DNA from: Macrostomum hystrix
Taxonomy: Eukaryota > Animalia > Platyhelminthes
Direction of reading: 5' to 3'
Assembly: GCA_950097015.1 (NCBI GenBank)
Contig: CATNEN010000029.1
Location: 8,432,001 to 8,496,000 of the forward strand
Length of the DNA: 64,000 nt
The notes below the pieces were generated by a model, which worked only from the letters and a program-made list of their open reading frames with translations, did no database searches and was not told the origin of the DNA. The position numbers and the translations under genes were made by a program. This document shows, piece by piece, positions 51,457 to 61,800 of the stretch; within the stretch, counting starts at the first letter, position 1; every line of letters starts with the position of its first letter.

Positions 51457-52821
51457 TAGCCCACTGCCTATAAATAGCAAAAATCATAAATTTTACACCT
51501 GACCCGATAGCACCTCACAGATAGGTAAAGTGGAGTCGGGAATCGAACCCCCGAACTTAAAGCACTAGGCTACAACCCCGTCTGTAAAATAAGATTCATT
51601 TGATGCGGCTTACATGCGCAAATACATCTCTACAAGCAAGAAAATCCAATGGCATCCACCCATACTACTCATCAGCTTGAAAGTAGTAAATTCTTAATTA
51701 GCAAAATCAATAAAAAGTCAAACAGAACAAATCAGCTGCATACGCGAGTAGCAAAAAATGAGAACACCGCGACGCTTGGGGACAAAAGAGAGTAAGTGAC
51801 GATCCGTTTATATTTTGCTGCTTTCTTGTCTGGGGGAGTTAACATAACAACCAGTTAAAAAAAACTGATAGAAAGTAGGGTGATAGGCCTCCTTACATAC
51901 ACAGGTGCCAAATTAGCTTTCACCGACACTACAAATAAATATTAATTAGCAAACAGGTACAGTTGCTATTAATTTGGCTTAGCAGAGAATATTGTTAACT
52001 GCTCAATTTGATTAGGCAATAGTTAAGAACAGAAAGCTACAATAAAACTCACTCACACACACACACGGGAAAATAGTGACAGTTGACTGATGAAACCAAG
52101 CCAATGCAGAGAAATAATAGTGTGTAACAGGTTGCAATGGTCGGTAGGTGATTTTAGTTGGCTTCCAGAACCAACAACTGAATAGACTGGGAAAGGAATA
52201 ATAGAGAAAAAAATATCACACAGCAAGTTGAAGGGCAACTAAACTAAAATGAAGCTTTGTTCTGCAGAAATAAAAAATAAATAATAATTTGAGTAACTAG
52301 CCTACTGAACTGTCAGTACTAGTAGTATGCACAGCGTAATAATGATTAATGATACATAAAATGTGTAATAAAAAACCAGGAAAGCAGTTTTTTCGCGTCG
52401 TCGAGCTTTAGAATCACTCATTATACTTAGTGGCTGCAAATTTATTATAACAACATAACCTGCATTGTGAAGACAGCGAAGAAAAGGTGTGGCGTAACAT
52501 TTTTAAACAATTGTAAGTATATATGCGCAGTTATAAAGTGTTTTAACGAAGGCTGTTTCAACATTTGCCAAAAATTTCACTTCCAAGTCTCTAGCAATCA
52601 TGCAATCACACTAACTCTAGGATTTAGTAAATCGTATAATTAAGGACAGAGTTAGAGAATAAACAGTCAGAAAATCTCGTCGACTCCAATCTATACTTCC
52701 AGCTAGTAAACAATAAGAGAGAGAGAAGAGCAAACTACAAACTAAAACAAGGAAATATAGTACCACCGACTTGCACAACTAACCCAGAGTCAGACAAGAC
52801 CCAACTAAGTCGGGCTGCCGC

Positions 52822-55800
52822 TTAGTCAACCTTAACGACGCTGTAGATTTTGCGAACAAACCAAAATGTGGCAAAGAATCCGATAGTGCCTGTAATGCAA
52901 TGTAATTATTGCGAATTAGTTTACATTGTTAGACATTTTAAAAACACGATCAGTTATAATCAACTACACGGGCCTGTGTTGTGCAGTCACCCGCTGACCC
53001 AACAGTACACACATAGAGAGGGTGTGTGCCTTGCACTATGCCGCATCTCCCCCAGATCCTTAGACTATGCCGCATCTCCCCCAGATCCTTAGACTATGCC
53101 GCATCTCCCCCAGATCCTTAGACTATGCCGCATCTCCCCCAGATCCTTAGACTATGCCGCATCTCTCCCAGATCCTTAGACTATGCCGCATCTCTCCCAG
53201 ATCCTTAGACTATGCCGCATCTCCAACAGATCCTTAGACTATGCCGCATCTCTCCCAGATCGTTAGACTATGCCGCATCTCTCCCAGATCCTTAGACTAT
53301 GCCGCATCTCCCCCAGATCCATAGATTATGCGGCATCTCTCCCCCAGATCCTTAGACTATGCCGCATCTCTCCCAGATCCTTAGACTATGCCGCATCTCT
53401 CCCAGATCCTTAGACTATGCCGCATCTCCCCCAGATCCTTAGACTATGCCGCATCTCCCCCAGATCCTTAGACTATGCCGCATCTCCCCCCAGATCCTTA
53501 GACTATGCCGCATCTCCCCCAGATCCTTAGAATATGCCGCATCTCCCCCAGATCCTTAGACTATGCCGCATCTCCCCCAGATCCTTAGACTATGCCGCAT
53601 CTCCCCCAGATCCTTAGACTATGCCGCATCTCCCCCAGATCCTTAGACTATGCCGCATCTCCCCCAGATCCTTAGACTATGCCGCATCTCCCCCCAGATC
53701 CTTAGACTATGCCGCATCTCCCCCAGATCCTTAGACTATGCCGCATCTCCCCCAGATCCTTAGACTATGCCGCATCTCCCCCAGATCCTTAGACTATGCC
53801 GTGTCTCTCCCAGATCCTAAGACTATGCCGCATCTCTCCCAGATCCTTAGACTATGCCGCATCTCCCCCAGATCCTTAGACTATGCCGCATCTCCCCCAG
53901 ATCCTTAGACTATGCCGCATCTCCCCCAGATCCTTAGACTATGCCGCATCTCCCCCAGATCCTTAGACTATGCCGCATCTCCCCCAGATCCTTAGACTAT
54001 GCCGCATCTCTCCCAGATCCTTAGACTATGCCGCATCTCTCCCAGATCCTTAGACTATGCCGCATCTCCAACAGATCCTTAGACTATGCCGCATCTCTCC
54101 CAGATCGTTAGACTATGCCGCATCTCTCCCAGATCCTTAGACTATGCCGCATCTCCCCCAGATCCATAGATTATGCGGCATCTCTCCCCCAGATCCTTAG
54201 ACTATGCCGCATCTCTCCCAGATCCTTAGACTATGCCGCATCTCCCCCAGATCCTTAGACTATGCCGCATCTCTCCCAGATCCTTAGACTATGCCGCATC
54301 TCTCCCAGATCCTTAGACTATGCCGCATCTCCCCCAGATCCTTAGACTATGCCGCATCTCCCCCAGATCCATAGAATATGCGGCATCTCTCCCCCAGATC
54401 CTTAAACTATGCCGCATCTCCCCCAGATCCTAAGACTATGCCGCATCTCTCCCAGATCCTAAGACTATGCCGCATCTCCCCCAGATCCATGGAATATGCC
54501 GCATCTCCCCCAGATCCTAAGACTATGCCGCATCTCTCCCAGATCCTAAGACTATGCCGCATCTCCCCCAGATCCATAGAATATGCCGCGTCTCTCCAAG
54601 ATCCTAAGACTATGCCGCATCTCTCCCAGATCCTTAGACTATGCCGCATCTCCCCCAGATCCTTAGACTATGCCGTGTCTCTCCCAGATCCTAAGACTAT
54701 GCCGCATCTCTCCCAGATCCTAAGACTATGCCGCATCTCCCCCAGATCCTAAGACTATGCCGCATCTCCCCCAGATCCTTAGACTATGCCGTGTCTCTCC
54801 CAGATCCTAAGACTATGCCGCATCTCCCCCAGATCCTTAGACTATGCCGCATCTCCCCCAGATCCATAGACTATGCCGTGTCTCTCCCAGATCCTAAGAC
54901 TATGCCGCATCTCTCCCAGATCCTAAGACTATGCCGCATCTCCCCCAGATCCATAGAATATGCCGCGTCTCTCCAAGATCCTAAGACTATGCCGCATCTC
55001 TCCCAGATCCTTCGACTATGCCGCATCTCACCCAGATCCATAGAATATGCCGCGTCTCTCCAAGATCCTAAGACTATGCCGCATCTCTCCCAGATCCTTA
55101 GACTATGCCGCGTCTCTCCAAGATCCTTAGACTATGCCGCATCTCTCCCAGATCCTTAGACTATGCCGCATCTCCCCCAGATCCTTAGACTATGCCGTGT
55201 CTCTCCCAGATCCTTAGACTATGCCGCATCTCCCCCAGATCCTTAGACTATGCCGCATCTCTCCCAGATCCATAGACTATGCCGCATCTCTCCAAGATCC
55301 TTAGACTATGCCGCATCTCTCCCAGATCCTTAGAATATGCCGTGTCTCCCCCAGATCCATAGACTATGCCGCATCTCCCCCAGATCCTTAGACTATGCCG
55401 CATCTCTCCCAGATCCTTAGAATATGCCGTGTCTCCCCCAGATCCATAGACTATGCCGCATCTCCCCAAGATCCTTAGAATATGCCGTGTCTCCCCCAGA
55501 TTCTTAGACTATGCCGCATCTCTCCCAGATCCTTAGAATATGCCGCATCTCTCCAAGATCCTTAGACTATGCAGCATCTCTCCCAGATCCTCAGAATATG
55601 GCCCATCTCTCCCAGATCCCCAGACTCTCAAACTTCTCGCAAACCCCAAGGCGGTCAAAATTCTCCTAGATCCCCAGGCTGTGAAACTTCTCCTAGATCC
55701 CCCAGGCTGTGAAACTTCTGTTTACTCCCCAGGCTGTCAAACTTCTGTTTACTCCCCAGGCTGTCAAACTTCTCCCAGATCCCAAGGCTGTCAAACTTCT

Positions 55801-58800
55801 AGATCCCCTGGCTGTCAAACTTCTGTTTACTCCCCAGGCTGTCAAACTTCTCCCAGATCCCAAGGCTGTCAAACTTCTAGATCCCCTGGCTGTCAAACTT
55901 CTTTTTAACCCCCGGGCTGTCAAACCTTTTTCTGAACCACAAGCTGTTACGCGTACGCAATAAGGTGAGAGCAATCGTGCTCTTTTCTTACCGGTGAACA
56001 GAAAGAACAGCAGCACGATGATCAAGGTGTAGCCAAAGTACAGGAAGGTGGAAGCGGCGCCGCTTATCTCCATCTTGGCAAAGAAATAGTGCACAGAGTA
56101 GAGGAATAGGTACATAGCGGTGCAGCCGGCGGTAAGGAAGGCGCGCCACCACCAATGATAATCCTCGGCGCATAGGTGAAAGTAGCACAATAGGATCGTG
56201 GCCTCCGAGCAGGTCACTAGCAGGATAAGGAACACCAGGAACAGGAAGCCGAACATGTAGTACACCTGCAGAAAGAGATGAGTTGTTATACTTAGCTAGT
56301 TGAGCAGGGATAGCTTATGGAACTGAGTATAAAAGTGATTTAAAAAAAGAAAAGTTTTAAGGATCAGAATTAAACGTAACACAAACTAAGTACATGGGAG
56401 ACGTGTGGTATAGTCTAAGGATCAGAAACAGGTGTGGCATAGCCTGAGGATCAGAAACAGGTGTGGCATAGCCTGAGGATCAGGAACAGGTTTGGCAGAG
56501 CCTGAGGATCAGGAACAGGTTTGGCAGAGCCTGAGGATCAGGAATAGGTTTGGCAGAGCCTGAGGATCAGGAACAGGTTTGGCAGAGCCTGAGGATCAGA
56601 AACAGGTTTGGCAGAGCCTGAGGATCAGAAACAGGTTTGGCAGAGCCTGAGGATCAGAAACAGGTTCGGCAGAGCCTGAGGATCAGAAACAGGTGTGGCA
56701 TAGCCTGAGGCTCGCACTGGCGGGACACAATGCCTGTGTGGTATGAGTCAGACCAGGCCTACGGGCTAAGGTCTGCGATGCCTCACACCTGCAGTCGTTT
56801 TTTGAGCAGGCCTGGCAGGAAGGAGCCCTGTACCTCCGGGTGCAGGGATCCCTCCACGCTGTCCCGTCAGCTGACCCATGGGTACACGTCCCGCGAGTGT
56901 TCAAGGCTGACCCTAGGGCAGCCGGACAGAATGGGCAACAGCGCTGGATGACCCATCCAGGGCCTCTGGCCAAACTGGGTACCTCTAGCCCTGGCTGGAG
57001 GGAAAGGTGTCACCCTTTGACCTTAACAGGGTATGCGGCGAGTCCGCAGCTTTCGTGCACCTGTGCGTGATCAGGTACCTCTGGCTACGGCTCTGAGGGA
57101 AAGGTGTCACCCTTTGACCTTAACAGGGTATGCGGCCAGTCCGCAGCGCCTCGCGCACCTGTGCGTGATCAGGTACCTCTGGCTACGGCTCTGAGGGAAG
57201 GGTGTCACCCTTTGACCTTAACAGGGTATGCGGCCAGTCCGCAGCGCTCGTGCACCTGTGCGTGATCAGGTACCTCTGGCTACGGCTCTGAGGGACAGGT
57301 GTCACCCTTCGACCTCAACAGGGTACGCAGCCAGTCTGCGGGCCTGGCACTGCTTTAGGTGTCCTCTTATGCCTAAGGTCTCACCGCGCTGAGGGGCTGA
57401 AAGGTCCGGGGAGTCTATCCGGCCATTAGCGGTTTTTATTTTTATTCTCTTCTTTCTCTTTTTCCAGCGACCTATGGAGTCCCACTACAGCTCCAGCACG
57501 TCCCAGGACCCTGCTGAAACGCCGACCCCGGCCGGCGACGCAGATCCTCAGGACCAGCGCCAGGGCGACACCGGTTCCACCGGCGCCCAAAATTCATCCT
57601 GCTCCTCCGCCACTCAGGAAAACACCAGAGCGGCTGGATCAAAGAGCAAACGCTCCCCTTCCACGCAAGCCCGCAGCCTCGCCCGCCTCCAGGAATTCCG
57701 GCGGCGAAAACAGGAAGTACGGTTGGCTGCGAAATCCGCGCCAACCACCGCCTCCGAGGAGGGGGCCGGCAACTCTGCGAAAATCGCGGAGGAACCGGCA
57801 CCCAACAAGGAGGCGGACTCCTCGCGCCGTCCGGGAAACCCGGAAGCGCGGAAAAGTGCCGCCCAGGCCTCTGGGGCATCCGGTTCCTCTCGCGGCGGAA
57901 CCTCTCACAGTCATCCGGAAACTCCGACGACTGCTGGGGGGCCCGTTGCGGGAGGCGCCGGCCAAACCACAAGGCCAAAGCGCACTTACGCTGCTATGGC
58001 AAAGAGGCAGCCGGCCTTGGTTATCCGAGGCCAGGAGACGCCCCTCACAACAGCGCAACTCGACCAGATCTGGCGCAGATTGGACTCCCATCTGGTCAAA
58101 CTGGCACTGAGCGGCACTGTACTGCACGTCCTGAAGACCGACATCCAGGACCAAGCCCTCATTGTCCAGCCTGCCGACAACCAGTCCGGACAGCAACTCC
58201 TCGAGATGCTGAAATCCTTCGACTGGGGCACGGAAATGGGCAACCTGTTTATCTACAGGGAGGACGAGCGCCCCCAGACACACCGTCATCGTGTTTGGAT
58301 TCCAGCTCGCAGCGCCATCACCAACGCCGGAGAACTGCGCCGCCTGCTGTTGGCAATCCACCCGGATCTGCCAGCAAACGGTGTCGTGGTTCATGAAACC
58401 ATCACCAGACCTGGTGGAGACGGTTTCACGGCCATCCTAGGATTGTCGGACAGCTGGATGCTCCGCTGCCCAGACATGTCCTACATCAGTGCAGGCCTCA
58501 CTCGAATGCAGATTTTCAGCTTCGAGTCCGACGCCACTCGCCCGCCGCCCCCGGAAAAGCGGGAAACGGACGAACCAGAGCTCTGCCGGGCCCCTGCGCC
58601 CTGGAACACAGACTCCTGATCGTCACGACCACTCCGAGGATGCGGACCCTATCAGGGGCAAAGCCGCGCGAGCCGTAACGACAGGCGGACGTGGTAAGGG
58701 CCGGAAACCCGCCCGTAACACCATCCGTGCTGGCTTGACTCAGCGCGCCAGACAGCTGTCGGACCCCAACAGTGGACGCCACCGCAGCACCACCCGGCCC

Positions 58801-61800
58801 AATGTTTCATCGGAACCCCCAGCGGAAAACCGGGTTGAGGACACGGACGCCGCTGTTGCGGCAGCCCCGGCCTCAACTCTGGATCCGATTCAGGAGGAAC
58901 CGATGGAGCTCGGGCAAAACACCGGCGAGGACGAGGAATCGCTCCTGAACAACTCGCCGTAGGCCAGCAGATAGCCGCACGGACCGCCCCTCCTGGGGTG
59001 AGCTTCCTGCAGCTGAACCTGCACCACTGCATCGCGGCCTCGACCAACCTGGCGCGTGTGGTGGACTTCGAAAAACCGGGCATCATCCTCCTCCAAGAGC
59101 CCTGGACGAAGAAAGGTAAGATTCCGAACATTCCTGCTGGTTTTGACTGTTTTTTCATGCCCCAAAACCCCAGGGCTGCTGTGTTCGCGACTACCGATCT
59201 AAAAGCTTGGTATAGACCAGACCTCTCTGACAAAGACCTCTGTGTCATCCAAACCAACCACATTCTCCCGAACCGCACCGTCATCATCGCCTCTATATAC
59301 ATTCCTGGCGACGGTCCTGCGGTTCCGCCCAGTCTCACTTCCCTCGTGGACTACTGCTCAGACCGCGACTTTGAGCTGCTGGTGGCAGGCGACATAAATG
59401 CCCACCACACCCACTGGGGCAGTGTTACCTCCAACTGCAGAGGCGAGGATCTCCTTGCCTACATCTGCACCACCAATATTGAGTTCTGCAACTCGGGTGG
59501 CACACCCACCTTTGACAATGGACGATGGACGGAGGTCCTTGACGCCACCCTCGCCTCTCAGGGCCTGATCCCTCTGATTAGGAACTGGCAGGTGTGGGAC
59601 GAAGAGGAATCTCTGTCTGACCATCGCTTCATTCGTTTCCGGTTGCTAAGCTCCTACTCCAAGCCTGGTATTCTGTGGAAAAGGAACGCCCGGAATACTG
59701 ACTGGACGGCCTTTGCGGAATCCGTGAAGCGCCAGACCAACCAGTTAGAATCCGTTGTTCCTGCCACCTGTCAAGAAGTGGACGATCTGGCTGATCTACT
59801 CAGCATGACCATCTTGACAGCTCATGAAACCTCTTGCCCTCTTAAAGCCTACAAAGGCAAAAAATCCGCTCCCTGGTGGAACCCAGCGCTTGGAACCCTC
59901 CGGCGAAAGGCCAAATCCCTCCAGCGGATTGCGCGGAAAAGCAAGGACCAAGCTGACCTGACCGCCTACCAGAATGCGATTCGTGACTTTAAGCGTGACA
60001 CCAGGAAAGCGAAGTCCGAAAAGTGGCGCCAATACTGCTCCGAGCTGGAGGGCGCCCGCCCAACTTCTCGCGTTGTAAAAGCGCTCACTCTTGACAAAAT
60101 GTCGAAGCTCTCAGTGATCAAAAGACCGGACGGCCGGCTTGCTGAGAATCCTGGCGAATCGCTGGACATCATGCTCGCCAGCGCCTTCCCCCAGACTGCG
60201 CCGCTTCAGGACCCGCCGGACCACACTCCGGGTGGGCACATCCTTGCGACAACTATTATCACTAGAGAACGGACAGCTCGCGCTGCTAACTCCTTCTCGC
60301 CTTTTAAGTCGCCTGGACCTGACAACATTTACCCCGCCTTCCTACATGAAGCGGTAAAAAATGACAGGTTCCTCGGCCTCCTTTGCAACCTGTTCAAGGC
60401 CTGTATCACCCTCGGGTACGTACCCAAGTCTTGGCAGGAAGCCACTATCGTCTTCATCCCCAAACCTGGGAAGGGAGACTACCACTCCGCCAAAGCCTTC
60501 CGCCCCATCAGCTTAACATCTTTCTTTCTTAAGCTGCTTGAAAGGCTTGTTCTTTGGCGCCTCCTTCACGTTGAGCTGAGGAACTCCCCGCTCTCCGCCA
60601 ACCAGCACGCCTTTCGATCCGGACGTTCCATCGAAAGTGCTCTGCATGCCATCGTCGACAAGCTGGAGCGCGCCGTGCTTGGCACCGGTTTTGCTCTCTC
60701 GCTTTTCCTCGACATTGATGGTGCCTTCGACAATGTGCTCTTCGGAGCCTTTAGGCGAGCCCTGGAACGCCGGGCTACGCACGAGCACCTCACCCGCTGG
60801 ATCATGTATATGATCTCTCACCGAACTGCCACCTCGCACCTGCTTGGACACTCCCGTTCTGTGAATGTCCAGAAGGGAGGCCCGCAGGGTGGCGTTCTCA
60901 GTCCGATCCTTTGGAACCTTGTCATGGACGAACTGCTCTGCAGCCCTGACCCGGACCCGGTCCAAAAAATCGGCTATGCTGACGACGTCACCGCCACCGT
61001 GGCCGGACCGTCTCCCCCGGTCCTTAGAGACCTTCTGCAAGCTTTCATCCACCGTGCCGAACGCTGGGCCAATGGCTGCGGCCTCAAACTCTCTGAGTCC
61101 AAGACCGTCGCCATTATGTTCACCAGCAAACGAAACTGGAGGATTGAGCCTCTCCTTCTCTATGACAAACCAATCGCCATGGAGAAGCAAACCAGATGCT
61201 TAGGTGTCATCCTCGACCACAGGTTGAGCTGGACACCTCACGTCAAATTCAAAACCCGTAAAGCTCTTGCGACGCTCGCGCAGATTCGCAGAGCCTTCGG
61301 CGCCACCTGGGGCCTCACCCCCCGCCGTCTCTGGTGGATTTACACTACCATTGTAAGACCGGCCATCTCTTTTGCCGGCTTCATTTGGAATAGTGCCCTG
61401 GAGACCAAAGGGGTCCTGGAGGCCCTAAACAAGGTGCAGGGCCGTGCTTGTCGAGCCATCATGAGTGCGGCACCCTCCACTCCCTTCGCTGGCATGAATG
61501 CCTTCCTGGACCTTCCCCCTTTAGATCTTTTTATCAAGGGGGAGGCGATGAAGACGGCTCGTCGTCTTCTGGACGCGGGTATCTCCATCCGGAAGCAACT
61601 TGCCTTCAGCAAGCGGAACCTCCAGCCCCATGGCGACCTCAGCCTACGGGACCTGGACGCAGCAGGAGGTCTCAAAATTCTCTCCGACGGAATCCCGTCG
61701 ACGCTGTGCCCACCGCAAAAATTCAAAACCAGCATTCCGCCTCGACAGGAAGTACGTGACCACGGCCAACCCCGTGAAATTCACTGCTTCACCGACGGAT

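Noticed and set aside
51530-51580. Truncated tRNA-like piece on the minus strand
   Set aside because: About 50 bp and lacks an anticodon arm.
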